A stretch of 64,000 nt of DNA. It comes from a phage. A program made the translations under genes and the position numbers. The notes under the pieces were generated by a model. It ran no database searches and was not told the DNA's origin. It saw only the letters and a program-made list of their open reading frames with translations. Positions 27,249-36,981 of the stretch are shown here, in pieces. The stretch lies in the NCBI GenBank assembly GCA_017686895.1, contig GCA_017686895.1_4521.1. One strand, given 5' to 3'. The stretch's first letter is position 1; the number at the start of each line of letters is the position of its first letter.

Positions 27249-27773
27249 ATGTTAGTTTACCGCGTAGAACGTAGTTTTTGCACTCAACGTGAATCATTAC
27301 CAGGAATTGCTATCGAAGACGGTAAAGCCGTCAGAATTTGGGAAACCTCTTGGAATAAAGAACCTCGTTCGCCATACGGTTGGTCGGGCACCGACAACTC
27401 TGAAGAAACATGGGAGTTCCTTGATAAGCATGGAATACTCTCAGGTAACTTCTACCATCACGGCGACAACTATAATGTCCCTAATCGTCCTACAGTAAAT
27501 GAAGACAAACTTCTTGAACAAAATATCTTAAGATACCATAGAATTGAGTACACATTTGAATTGAGTGAAGATTGGGCTCAAGGGTTCTATTTTGGATTTG
27601 AAAGCGTTGACGCGGTTTATGCATGGTTTGATGACCAGGTGGATGTTGAACTCTTGAAAGCTAAAGGATACTACATCGCGGTCTATGAAGCACCTGATTT
27701 CATCCTCGGAAGTTGTCAATTAATGTTTAGACGTTCATTGGCAGAACAAGTTGATTTTATTTTGCTAAAATGA
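27249..27773 (+). CDS. Hypothetical protein
   Basis: 174-aa ORF. Confidence 0.5.
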   Translation: MLVYRVERSFCTQRESLPGIAIEDGKAVRIWETSWNKEPRSPYGWSGTDNSEETWEFLDKHGILSGNFYHHGDNYNVPNRPTVNEDKLLEQNILRYHRIEYTFELSEDWAQGFYFGFESVDAVYAWFDDQVDVELLKAKGYYIAVYEAPDFILGSCQLMFRRSLAEQVDFILLK

Positions 27774-27830
27774 TGTACAACAACTATGGTCTATGATACT
27801 ATAGACCTATCAAAACAAGAGGAGAATATT

Positions 27831-28058
27831 ATGAAACGTCAAATCATTAAAAACGTAACTACTGATTCAAACATCGATGAGTTTGAAGATGTTCTGTTTA
27901 ATCCTGATTTAGTTGTTGTACAGAAAAACTGGACCAGATTTTTATGCTACACCGAAGTGGTTTACGTTTACGAAAAACTCGGCGATGAAATGCCTATCTA
28001 CGGTATCTTCCGTGAAATCACTGAAAACGGTACAACTTATTGGAAGGAAACTTACTAA
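27831..28058 (+). CDS. Hypothetical protein
   Basis: 75 aa from ATG 27831 (SD GAGGAGA). Confidence 0.45.
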   Translation: MKRQIIKNVTTDSNIDEFEDVLFNPDLVVVQKNWTRFLCYTEVVYVYEKLGDEMPIYGIFREITENGTTYWKETY

Positions 28059-28468
28059 TGGCTAATAAATTCCGCGTTAACTCGTGGTACCAATTTAAAG
28101 ATAAACGTGCCCAAGAAGAGTTTATTAAAAACCACACTGATAATGGGATTTATGCACGACGTCTTGGCATGGAACCATTTAAAGTATTAGATGTTGACCA
28201 TCTTGGTCGTCCTACTAAAATTGTGACATCTACTGGCACGGTTGGATACGCAACAGGCGGTGATATCCTTGATGAAAACTTTATCTGGCTCTCCACGAAT
28301 GAAGCAGAATTCTTTGACGAAGTTGGAAATCCGTATCAAGCGTCCGAAGAGCAAGATTCTGGTGAACTTGACGAATTGTCTGAATTTCCGGTGATGACAA
28401 TTACTATCGAAAATAACGACCAGGCATGGTCTTTGTATCAAATGTTGAAAGCACATTTTAAGGAATAA
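28058..28468 (+). CDS. Hypothetical protein
   Basis: 136 aa from ATG 28058 (TAATG coupling). Confidence 0.5.
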   Translation: MANKFRVNSWYQFKDKRAQEEFIKNHTDNGIYARRLGMEPFKVLDVDHLGRPTKIVTSTGTVGYATGGDILDENFIWLSTNEAEFFDEVGNPYQASEEQDSGELDELSEFPVMTITIENNDQAWSLYQMLKAHFKE

Positions 28469-28470
28469 TA

Positions 28471-28650
28471 ATGCCGTTATACGACTATAAATGCCAATCT
28501 GAAGATTGCGGACATGAATATGAAAAAATTAAAAGGATTTCTGAACGAGAAAACGATGTTTGCCCTGAATGTCATCGTCTGTCTACTCGTCGGGTTTCTG
28601 CTCCTAAACATGTGAACGGTGGTTTTTACGACTTACTTAAGAAGGGTTAA
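28471..28650 (+). CDS. FmdB-type zinc-ribbon small protein (59 aa), not in ORF track
   Basis: MPLYDYKCQSEDCGHEYE...CPECH: CxxC...CxxC with the FmdB-like N-terminus; SD AAGGAA. Confidence 0.5.
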   Translation: MPLYDYKCQSEDCGHEYEKIKRISERENDVCPECHRLSTRRVSAPKHVNGGFYDLLKKG

Positions 28651-28652
28651 TT

Positions 28653-29078
28653 ATGGCTTTTAAAGGTTTTGAAGTTGGTAAGAAATATCGTATTATCAAA
28701 GGTCAAGAAGATAATTTCTTGAGAATTCTTAATACGACCGGTAAACGTCTTAATACTAATCTGCATACTACTTTATTGTCCAAAGATTTTATTGTGGAAG
28801 AGATGATTGGTTACGGTGTTTCGGTTATTGCTGTAGAAGCCGTAGGCGATTATGGTCGAACTATTCATAGTATGCAAGGTGATATTCTGCTTTATGGTGC
28901 AGAATTTAAATTCTTTGAAGAAGTTCCGGAACCAGATACATCTGTCGATTTCAAAAAAGGCTCTATAGAATTTGTTGATGGATCGGTGATCGTATCAGGC
29001 GATGTGGTCATTACAGTTAAAAGTGAACAAGGGCGTTTGGCTGTAATTGATGCACTTCAGAAAATTAAATTTAAATAA
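28653..29078 (+). CDS. Hypothetical protein
   Basis: 141-aa ORF. Confidence 0.5.
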   Translation: MAFKGFEVGKKYRIIKGQEDNFLRILNTTGKRLNTNLHTTLLSKDFIVEEMIGYGVSVIAVEAVGDYGRTIHSMQGDILLYGAEFKFFEEVPEPDTSVDFKKGSIEFVDGSVIVSGDVVITVKSEQGRLAVIDALQKIKFK

Positions 29079-29095
29079 GGGCTTCGGCCCTTTTT
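29078..29095 (+). terminator. Rho-independent terminator (AGGGC-TTCG-GCCCT plus TTTTT)
   Basis: Overlaps the stop codon of the upstream gene. Confidence 0.6.
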
Positions 29096-29119
29096 GCTTT
29101 AGATTTCGGATGATAGAAT
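29093..29119 (+). promoter_or_regulatory. Candidate middle promoter for gene 39 (MotA box TTTGCTTTA plus TAGAAT)
   Basis: Box matches the MotA consensus; 12 bp to the -10. Confidence 0.45.
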
Positions 29120-29141
29120 ACCTTCATAACGAGGAGACAAC

Positions 29142-30959
29142 ATGATTAAAAACGAAATTAAGGTATTGTCAGATGTAGAACATATTAAGAAACGTAGTGG
29201 TATGTATATTGGTTCTTCGGCTAAAGAAGCACATGAGCGTTTTTTGTTTGGTAAATATCAACAAGTTGAATATGTTCCTGGTCTGGTTAAATTAATCGAT
29301 GAGATTATTGACAACTCGGTTGATGAAGCTATTCGTACATCATTTAAGTTTGCAAATAAAATTGATGTGCAAATTAAAAATAATCAAGTTTCGGTGGAAG
29401 ATAACGGACGTGGTATTCCTCAAGGTTTAGTTACTGACCAAACAGGTGAACAAATTCCTGGGCCTGTAGCAGCCTGGACTATTCCAAAGGCCGGTGGTAA
29501 CTTTGGTGATGATTCTGAACGCAAGACTGGTGGTATGAACGGCGTCGGGAGTAGTTTAACTAATATCTTCTCTACGTTGTTTACAGGCATCACGTCAGAT
29601 GGCGAAAATGAAATCACTGTTAACTGTTCAAACGGAATGGAAAACAAATCATGGTCTTCTAAGAAATCTAAAGGTAAAGGCACTAAAGTAATCTTCACTC
29701 CTGATTTCACTTCATTTGAAGAGAATAATTTATCTCAAATTTATTTAGATATTACTTTAGACCGACTTCAAACATTGGCAGTTGTTTATCCTGATATCAA
29801 GTTCACATTTAATGGTAAAAAGGTTGATGGTAATTTTAAACGATTTGCTAAACAATTTGGTGAAGATAACATCATTCAAGAAAATGATAAAGTCTCTATA
29901 GCATTCACAACATCACCAGATGGCTTCCGTCATTTAACTTATGTGAATAACATCCATACTAAAAATGGTGGTCATCATGTTGAATGTGTAATGGATGATA
30001 TTTGCGAACATCTTTTACCGGGTATTAAAAAGAAATATAAGGGTATTGAAGTCACTAAAGCTCGTGTTAAAGAATGCCTCACAATGTTGATGTTTATTAG
30101 AGACATGAGCAATATGCGTTTTGATTCTCAGACTAAAGAACGTTTAACGTCAACGTATGGTGATATTCGTAATCATATCCAATTAGATGCTAAGAAAATT
30201 GCTCAGGCACTTCTTAAAAACGAAGCCTTGATTATGCCTATTGTTGAAGCAGCATTAGCTCGTAAATTGGCAGCAGAAAAGGCTGCAGAAACTAAAGCAG
30301 CTAAAAAGGCAACTAAAGCTAAGGTTCATAAGCATATTAAAGCTAACCGATGTGGTAAAGATGCAGATACGACATTGTTTTTAACAGAAGGTGATTCGGC
30401 AATTGGTTATCTCATTGATGTTCGTGACCGTGAACTACACGGTGGATTCCCATTACGTGGTAAGGTGATGAATAGCTGGGGTATGTCATATGCTGATATG
30501 ATGAAGAACAAAGAGCTCTTTGATATCTGTGCTATCACAGGTCTTATTCTTGGTGAAAAGGCAGAGAATACGAACTATCGTAATATTGCAATTATGACTG
30601 ATGCAGATCACGACGGTCTTGGAAGTATCTATCCGGCTTTGCTTGCTTTCTTTAGTAATTGGCCTGAATTGTTTGAACAAGGACGTATTCGCTTTGTTAA
30701 AACGCCTGTAATTATTGCACAAATTGGCAAAACTCAAAAATGGTTTTATACTGTAGCTGAGTATGAAGAAGTTAAAGATACACTGCCTAAGCATAGTATT
30801 CGATACATCAAGGGATTAGGCTCCCTTGAAAAGTCAGAATATCGTGAAATGATTCAGAACCCTGTGTACGACGTAGTTAAACTTCCTGAAAATTGGAAAG
30901 AACTCTTTGAAATGTTGATGGGTGATGATTCAGAACTTCGTAAAGAATGGATGTCCTAA
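29142..30959 (+). CDS. 39: DNA topoisomerase II large subunit gp39 (GyrB-like, single unsplit ORF)
   Basis: 605 aa with GHKL ATPase (VEDNGRGIP) and Toprim (LTEGDSA, DADHDG) in one frame; T4 splits this into 39 and 60. Confidence 0.92.
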   Translation: MIKNEIKVLSDVEHIKKRSGMYIGSSAKEAHERFLFGKYQQVEYVPGLVKLIDEIIDNSVDEAIRTSFKFANKIDVQIKNNQVSVEDNGRGIPQGLVTDQTGEQIPGPVAAWTIPKAGGNFGDDSERKTGGMNGVGSSLTNIFSTLFTGITSDGENEITVNCSNGMENKSWSSKKSKGKGTKVIFTPDFTSFEENNLSQIYLDITLDRLQTLAVVYPDIKFTFNGKKVDGNFKRFAKQFGEDNIIQENDKVSIAFTTSPDGFRHLTYVNNIHTKNGGHHVECVMDDICEHLLPGIKKKYKGIEVTKARVKECLTMLMFIRDMSNMRFDSQTKERLTSTYGDIRNHIQLDAKKIAQALLKNEALIMPIVEAALARKLAAEKAAETKAAKKATKAKVHKHIKANRCGKDADTTLFLTEGDSAIGYLIDVRDRELHGGFPLRGKVMNSWGMSYADMMKNKELFDICAITGLILGEKAENTNYRNIAIMTDADHDGLGSIYPALLAFFSNWPELFEQGRIRFVKTPVIIAQIGKTQKWFYTVAEYEEVKDTLPKHSIRYIKGLGSLEKSEYREMIQNPVYDVVKLPENWKELFEMLMGDDSELRKEWMS

Positions 30960-30975
30960 GCTCCTTCGGGAGCTT
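30958..30975 (+). other. UUCG-tetraloop hairpin (AAGCTCC-TTCG-GGAGCTT) overlapping the gene 39 stop
   Basis: 7-bp perfect stem; weak U-tract. Confidence 0.5.
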
Positions 30976-31001
30976 CATTTTAATTTTAATAAGGCTTAAT
31001 T

Positions 31002-32102
31002 ATGAAAGTTATGTTTATCCCATCTCGTGCAGTCCCATTTAATCCTGACCGTGTACAAGGTGGTCTTGAAGCAGTACATTTAAATGTGTTGAAATATCTT
31101 GTGTCCATCGGTGCTGATATTGATTATATCGGCTTTGATAATGACGTGTTTGGTGATTGGAAAGTTACACACCATCCTGTCGGCCATCTGACTAAATTCA
31201 GTCTAGGTATGAGTTATACTATGGCTCGTAAGATTGTTGAACTAGCCGGCATCCATGAATACGATTTTGTTGTTACTATGGAACCGACTAAACTAACCGT
31301 TCAGGCAATTAAAGACGCAGGTCTCTCTAAAGTTCATAAGAATTTTATGGCAACACCATTTGAACCGGTATCTCGTGGCATTGTTCAAATTTGGGACCAG
31401 ACTATTCAAATTCATAAGAATGGTGGTAAGAGTTATGCTCCTACTAAAGCCTTCCGTGAATTTGAACGCAAATATTGTTATATGACTTCAGGTCTGACTG
31501 ACAAAATTGATTATGATTATTGGCGAGCAAATCCGTTGTTTGAAGCCGAAGATTATCCGGTTATTTGTTTGAATGAGAAACCTGAAGTTCTTCCGGCGAC
31601 TGATCTGATTATTAGTGCACAACGTTATGACACTAAAATGCGTCGTACTGATGTTGCTCTTGAAGCGATTAAAGCACTAGGCGAAAATGGTGTAGGATAC
31701 TGTCCTAGTAAATGGGCGCCACCGGCTAAGTATCCTGTTATTATTGATGCTCCACATAGTGAAATCATGGAACGTCTTAAAACAGCTAAAGCACTTATCA
31801 ATACGTGTCCTGACACAGGTACGGTAGAGAATAGTTCTATTGAAGCCATCTCTAAAGGTGTCCCTGTAATCCAGTTAGTTTTTAAGGATTATCCTCATGC
31901 GACATTTGAATACGACCCAGATACTGTGCGTGTAGAAATTGATTCCTCTACTCCTAAGAAAGAAGTAGTTGCGCTTTACACAAAAGCTGTATTAGAATTC
32001 ACTGACACATACGAAGCTCGAGTTAAACGTGCTGAAGCCGTATGGAAGAAGTATAACCGAGATGCAGTTGTTGCGATGTGGGATAAAATCTTCACAGCGT
32101 AA
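31002..32102 (+). CDS. GT-B-type glycosyltransferase, candidate hmC-DNA arabinosyltransferase
   Basis: 366 aa; N-terminal DRVQGGLEAVHL and C-terminal TGTVENSSIEAISKGVPVI (E-x7-E-like); lies between 39 and rIIA. Confidence 0.7.
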   Translation: MKVMFIPSRAVPFNPDRVQGGLEAVHLNVLKYLVSIGADIDYIGFDNDVFGDWKVTHHPVGHLTKFSLGMSYTMARKIVELAGIHEYDFVVTMEPTKLTVQAIKDAGLSKVHKNFMATPFEPVSRGIVQIWDQTIQIHKNGGKSYAPTKAFREFERKYCYMTSGLTDKIDYDYWRANPLFEAEDYPVICLNEKPEVLPATDLIISAQRYDTKMRRTDVALEAIKALGENGVGYCPSKWAPPAKYPVIIDAPHSEIMERLKTAKALINTCPDTGTVENSSIEAISKGVPVIQLVFKDYPHATFEYDPDTVRVEIDSSTPKKEVVALYTKAVLEFTDTYEARVKRAEAVWKKYNRDAVVAMWDKIFTA

Positions 32103-32194
32103 ATCCTGAATAGCCTGAGGCACTATTACACATAAGATGATAGATTATATGGTCTTTAGTAATAGTGCCCTAGGAATCTACTGAAGAGAATATT

Positions 32195-32395
32195 ATGAGA
32201 ACATATAACGTGGACTTGGAACTTTTTGATAAAGCAGTGCTCCGGGAATTCCGGCTTATCCAAAGATTTTTTGATATTGAGTCAGCAGAGTCCTTTAAAG
32301 AACGCTTTAAAGAAATTCGATATAAAATACAAACCGATACAGCTACTAAAGAAGAACTTCTTGAAGTAGCAGAAATTTTTAAACGTAACTTGTGA
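32195..32395 (+). CDS. Hypothetical protein (rIIA.1 position)
   Basis: 66-aa ORF. Confidence 0.45.
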   Translation: MRTYNVDLELFDKAVLREFRLIQRFFDIESAESFKERFKEIRYKIQTDTATKEELLEVAEIFKRNL

Positions 32396-32407
32396 TGAGA
32401 GAAAAAT

Positions 32408-34621
32408 ATGATTATTGAAACGGCTAAAGAAACGATTATTGGTTCAGGCGGTAAGAGCACAGCATTTACTATTCAAGGCAATAGCAAAGTTTATAAGATT
32501 TTGTCTAATGACCTTTATACAAACAAAGAATTGGCTTGTGTACGTGAATTAATTACAAACTGTATCGATGGACAAATTCTTAACGGTTGCACTGATAAGT
32601 TTATTATTCAGGCTCCAGGTCGGTTAGACCCGCGCTTTGTAGTTCGAGACTTTGGTCCTGGTATGAGCGATTTCACCATTAGAGGTAATGACGAAGAGCC
32701 AGGAATTTATAACTCATATTTTGCTTCAACTAAAACATCGAGTAACGATTTCATCGGTGGATTCGGACTCGGCTCTAAAGCTCCGCTAGCATATACCGAT
32801 ACGTTTAACCTTACGTCTTATCACAACGGCGAAGTTCGTGGTTACGTAATCTACCAAGATGACACGGGTCCACAAATTAAGCCGACCTTTGTAGATAAGA
32901 TGGGTCCTGATGACCGTACTGGTGTAGAAGTAGTTGTACCGGTTAACCCGGAAGATTTTGAAAAGTTCGCATCCGAAATTGCATATGTTATGCGTCCTCT
33001 AGGTGATATTGCAGAAGTTCGTGGTGTTAAAGATATTAAATACTTCCCTGAATTTGACGATGTATATTTGGCCAAGGAAGCTCCATGGGGTGAACGCGGT
33101 AATATCATGGCTGTTTATGGCGGTATTGTATATCCAATCGGAAGTGTTATTAAAGAACAAACATGGATGATGACTCGATGCACTACAGCTTATATTAAAT
33201 TCCCTATGGGTGAACTAGACGTAGCTCCGTCTCGTGAAGCATTGTCATTTGATAAACGTACAGTAGCAAATATCCATAAACGCGTTGCAGAAATCGATGC
33301 TAAATTGTTCGCTGAAGATTCTAAGAAATGGATTGATTGTAAATACCCGCGTCATGTGTTCCGTGAAATTGATTCTCTTGGCTATACCGCTCGTAAATAC
33401 ATGGAAAAGGCCGGGTCTAATATTGAATCGCTGAAATACTCCAAAGAACAACTAACTTATTCTGAGTTGTACAAACGTTTTAAAATGGGGCCTGAGTGGT
33501 GTAATCTTGGCGTAGTATACGATATCGTTGAATCCCCTCGTCTTCGTCGTATTCGTGAAAGTGGTAGCTCAACGGCAACCATTTCAATTAACAGTCTGAT
33601 TGGCATTAACATTAAAAATGTTGAAATTGTTATTGACGACGTTAAGGGACGCGTTCCATTAATGCGAGCTCTTAATTCAATTGAAATGTCTAAAGACGAG
33701 GTTAAATTAACTGGTAAAGTTCCACGCGGTTTTGGTAAAAGTGTACTATTCGTTGACCCTACAGACGAAGATGCAATGAAACTTCTGGAACGCCTTAAAG
33801 TTATCTTTGATGGCGACAATATTAACATGTACAAGACTTCAGAGCTTTTACAAATCGTTAAGCCATGGATTGAAGTCAGGAAACGGACTAATGAGCCTCG
33901 TCCTAAATCGCCAAGTGCTCATCGATTCTTTAAGAATGAAAATGATGTTTGGGTATCAGAAGACCTCTTTATTCCGGCAAGTGAAGCAGATGAAATCCAA
34001 GGTTATGCTATAGTTCGTAATCGTTCTAATGCTGAATGTCTTGACGCAGATAAAGGTTGGTTGAACTATGACTCCAATTTCTTGACCCGTATTGCTGATT
34101 TGTCAGGTATTAAAGAGTTCACTGTAGTTCGTCCGCAGATTGCTAAGAAAGTTCGTAAACTTGGTGAAGTAGAATGCTTGTTCGAAAAATCAATTAATGA
34201 CTATATTACGCTAATCGATAAAGTGGATTATGATGAGTATGTATCACCAAGTCGTAGAGCACAGCCTTATTTGAATCATATTACTCGTAATGAAGAGCTT
34301 AACTTCCTTAGTAAGTATTTTAGCTCTAAGAACAAAGAAATCAGTAAAGACTTTGCAAAACTCTCAACAGTAAATAATCGTTGGGGATGGAATCGATTCG
34401 CAGGTGCTACTAATACAGACCTGAATAAGAAGTTAGAATTGTGTGCTAAAATTTTCGATAAGCTTAAAGATAATGCTTACGATAATGATGATAAAATGGT
34501 TATTGAATTCGAAACCAATTATCATATTGTGTCAGACTACATGGGACGACGTGGTACTCTTTCTAAAGAACAAGTCGCTCAAATCGTTAAATTCATGAAG
34601 GCTGTGGAAGCAGCCAAATAA
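32408..34621 (+). CDS. rIIA: rIIA protein
   Basis: 737 aa; extensive identity to recalled T4 rIIA (ELITN.ID, GRLDPRFV.RDFGPGMSDF, NDFIGGFGLGSK). Confidence 0.95.
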   Translation: MIIETAKETIIGSGGKSTAFTIQGNSKVYKILSNDLYTNKELACVRELITNCIDGQILNGCTDKFIIQAPGRLDPRFVVRDFGPGMSDFTIRGNDEEPGIYNSYFASTKTSSNDFIGGFGLGSKAPLAYTDTFNLTSYHNGEVRGYVIYQDDTGPQIKPTFVDKMGPDDRTGVEVVVPVNPEDFEKFASEIAYVMRPLGDIAEVRGVKDIKYFPEFDDVYLAKEAPWGERGNIMAVYGGIVYPIGSVIKEQTWMMTRCTTAYIKFPMGELDVAPSREALSFDKRTVANIHKRVAEIDAKLFAEDSKKWIDCKYPRHVFREIDSLGYTARKYMEKAGSNIESLKYSKEQLTYSELYKRFKMGPEWCNLGVVYDIVESPRLRRIRESGSSTATISINSLIGINIKNVEIVIDDVKGRVPLMRALNSIEMSKDEVKLTGKVPRGFGKSVLFVDPTDEDAMKLLERLKVIFDGDNINMYKTSELLQIVKPWIEVRKRTNEPRPKSPSAHRFFKNENDVWVSEDLFIPASEADEIQGYAIVRNRSNAECLDADKGWLNYDSNFLTRIADLSGIKEFTVVRPQIAKKVRKLGEVECLFEKSINDYITLIDKVDYDEYVSPSRRAQPYLNHITRNEELNFLSKYFSSKNKEISKDFAKLSTVNNRWGWNRFAGATNTDLNKKLELCAKIFDKLKDNAYDNDDKMVIEFETNYHIVSDYMGRRGTLSKEQVAQIVKFMKAVEAAK

Positions 34622-34630
34622 GGAAACATT

Positions 34631-35578
34631 ATGTACAATATTAAATGCTTGTCTCAAGAAGAACAGTTAGAAGCTTACGGCCTGGTTGAATCAGGCAAAT
34701 GGACTCGTAAAGAAATTGCCGATTACTTCGACATTTCAACAGATACTCTTCGTAAGATTGTTAAGAATTTTAAAGCAGAAGGCGTTGTCCCTGAAGCAAA
34801 CGATGCCTCTTATGTAATCGAAGAAGTTCCAGAAAATGATGAACCTATTATCGGCGGACATCGTCCAGAAATCGTATGGAACGCATCATCTAAATTTATT
34901 TCAATCATTGAAGGACGCGTAGCATACAATGCGACCCCATCAAGTCATGCAAATTTTGAAGAAATTAAAGCTAATCTGGTCGCAGGAAACCTTAGTAAAG
35001 CTGTCGAACTTATTAACATCAAGAAAGCTATTACTAAGTTTGTTGATGGTAATGTTACTATTGAAGGTGGTAGTTTATTTTATCAAGGTATAGAGATTCG
35101 TTCAGGGCTGGTTAACCGTATTATTGATTCCATGGAAAAAGGTGAAGACTTTAAATTCTATCTGCCATTCCTTGAAAACCTGTTAGAAAACCCAAGCGAA
35201 AAAGCTGTACAACGTTTATTCGACTTCTTGGTTGCAAATGATATTGAAATCACTGAAGATGGGTATTTCTATGCGTGGAAAGTAGTTCGTAAAGACTATT
35301 TAGATTGTTATAGCGGTACATTTGATAACTCACCAGGTAAAGTTGTTTCAATGCCTCGTACTCGTGTTAACGATGATGATACACAAACCTGCTCCCGCGG
35401 TCTACATGTTTGCGCTAAATCATATATTCGTTACTTTGGTTCAAGCTCAGATAAAGTTGTTAAGGTTAAAGTTCATCCACGTGATGTTGTATCCATCCCA
35501 GTTGACTATGGTGATGCTAAGATGCGTACTTGTCGTTATGAAGTAATTTCAGACGTTACTGAATTATTTGCAGAATAA
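34631..35578 (+). CDS. rIIB: rIIB protein
   Basis: 315 aa; starts MYNIKCL; C-terminal half near-identical to recalled T4 rIIB. Confidence 0.95.
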   Translation: MYNIKCLSQEEQLEAYGLVESGKWTRKEIADYFDISTDTLRKIVKNFKAEGVVPEANDASYVIEEVPENDEPIIGGHRPEIVWNASSKFISIIEGRVAYNATPSSHANFEEIKANLVAGNLSKAVELINIKKAITKFVDGNVTIEGGSLFYQGIEIRSGLVNRIIDSMEKGEDFKFYLPFLENLLENPSEKAVQRLFDFLVANDIEITEDGYFYAWKVVRKDYLDCYSGTFDNSPGKVVSMPRTRVNDDDTQTCSRGLHVCAKSYIRYFGSSSDKVVKVKVHPRDVVSIPVDYGDAKMRTCRYEVISDVTELFAE

Positions 35579-35583
35579 TAATT

Positions 35584-35604
35584 GGGGACTTCGGTCCCCT
35601 TTTT
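35584..35604 (+). terminator. Rho-independent terminator (GGGGAC-TTCG-GTCCCC plus TTTTT) after rIIB
   Basis: Perfect 6-bp GC-rich stem, UUCG loop, T-run. Confidence 0.75.
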
Positions 35605-35618
35605 CTTTAGGGGTAATT

Positions 35619-35906
35619 ATGATTCATCCATTTGACGTATCAGAATCCAAAATTGCTAATCTTCGTGGTCATCATAAGTGTAAATCAGTTTATTGTGCTA
35701 AATTGGTAAAACATCCTGGTGATGCACACTACGGCTGGTTAGAATGCGACGAAGTTGTTATTGAAATCCCACCGGTAGATGCTAACTATCTTGAAGAAGG
35801 AGACCGCATTTATTTTGGCGAACTACACATCAGAGGTATCTATGGTAAAGACGAACTTGGGACTGTTGAGACTGAAGAATCTTCCGACATTTATCCTGTC
35901 GAATGA
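35619..35906 (+). CDS. Hypothetical protein
   Basis: 95 aa from the ATG after the terminator; track ORF 35568 begins inside the terminator. Confidence 0.4.
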   Translation: MIHPFDVSESKIANLRGHHKCKSVYCAKLVKHPGDAHYGWLECDEVVIEIPPVDANYLEEGDRIYFGELHIRGIYGKDELGTVETEESSDIYPVE

Positions 35907-35922
35907 GTTTTTGACTAGTGAA

Positions 35923-36399
35923 ATGAAAGTGAAGATTGCTGACACTGCTCGGTATTCACTAAGCCAAAATCCAGACCAAAACAAAGAAGATGTAGTTCGA
36001 CGTTGTAAGGTTGCAGTCTTTGCAGAGTATGTAGTAGCAAATTGGCTAGACGGATATGTTAATAAAGGTATTGAAGATGTAGAAGACCCGTACACGTATG
36101 CATGGGACGTGTTAGCCCATCCCAAATATTGTGGAATTCGTGTAGAAGTCAAGACACATCAGATGGATTCTAAATGGATTTCTGTTACCACAGGATACAG
36201 TGGTGATTATCCGGGTGGCAACGGAATCAACATAGGGCCCTTCCTTAATCATCGAGTCGCTGACTGTATTATTATATTGAATGTCAAAGAAACCTCACCT
36301 GACGTCTTCTCTTATTCTATAAAGTTCGTTGGAGACCATGAAGACCTAAAGAAAATCGTCCGCAAGAGCAACTACAACGGGTGGTATCTTCATCTTTAA
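35923..36399 (+). CDS. Hypothetical protein (denB position)
   Basis: 158 aa from ATG 35923; the upstream extension to 35779 would overlap the previous ORF by over 120 nt. Confidence 0.35.
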   Translation: MKVKIADTARYSLSQNPDQNKEDVVRRCKVAVFAEYVVANWLDGYVNKGIEDVEDPYTYAWDVLAHPKYCGIRVEVKTHQMDSKWISVTTGYSGDYPGGNGINIGPFLNHRVADCIIILNVKETSPDVFSYSIKFVGDHEDLKKIVRKSNYNGWYLHL

Positions 36400-36411
36400 T
36401 TTCATAAAAGT

Positions 36412-36441
36412 GTTTACAACTAAGTAGGACTATGATATAGT
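36412..36441 (+). promoter_or_regulatory. Early-type promoter GTTTAC-N18-TATAGT
   Basis: Followed by AGTCCTATC box. Confidence 0.45.
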
Positions 36442-36467
36442 AGTCCTATCTAAAAGAGGATAACATC

Positions 36468-36731
36468 ATGAAATTTAAATTTTTCTACGCAAAACATAAA
36501 GTGACTGGTGAGTTTGTTTCAATGTACAACACTGCAGATGACGAAGGGATGATTTATACTCATTTAGGTCTATCTCATTGGGACTCAGACGTGCCTTATA
36601 TGTCATCCGAAGCCGAAATAACTCGTTTAGTTAATGGACATATGAATGACCATTTTGGTGTTATTCTTTCTAAAGACCTTAAAGAGGTTATCAACAAAGG
36701 ATATATGGAACTCGCGGAAGTTGAGATATGA
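36468..36731 (+). CDS. Hypothetical protein
   Basis: 87-aa ORF. Confidence 0.5.
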   Translation: MKFKFFYAKHKVTGEFVSMYNTADDEGMIYTHLGLSHWDSDVPYMSSEAEITRLVNGHMNDHFGVILSKDLKEVINKGYMELAEVEI

Positions 36732-36923
36732 GCTCTAAAATGTGGATTGGAATATGGTTGCTTAGTATCCCAATGATTTGTATAATATTTTCAATTGTGT
36801 TGAGGTACTTATGAAAAATGCACTTCTTATTGTACTAAAAACAATTTGTGATACTGGTTTTTACATTGCATGTTCGTTCACTGGAACATGGCTGGCTTTA
36901 ACATATTTTAATGTAATTTAATT

Positions 36924-36953
36924 GTTTACATCATGGTAGGATTATGGTATAGT
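36924..36953 (+). promoter_or_regulatory. Early-type promoter GTTTAC-N18-TATAGT
   Basis: Followed by AGTCCTATCAA box. Confidence 0.45.
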
Positions 36954-36981
36954 AGTCCTATCAAAACACGAGGAATACAAA

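Noticed and set aside
35779-36399. Long version (206 aa) of the ORF after rIIB
   Set aside because: Its N-terminal 48 codons overlap the better-supported 35619-35906 ORF in another frame and look non-protein-like; ATG 35923 preferred, with low confidence
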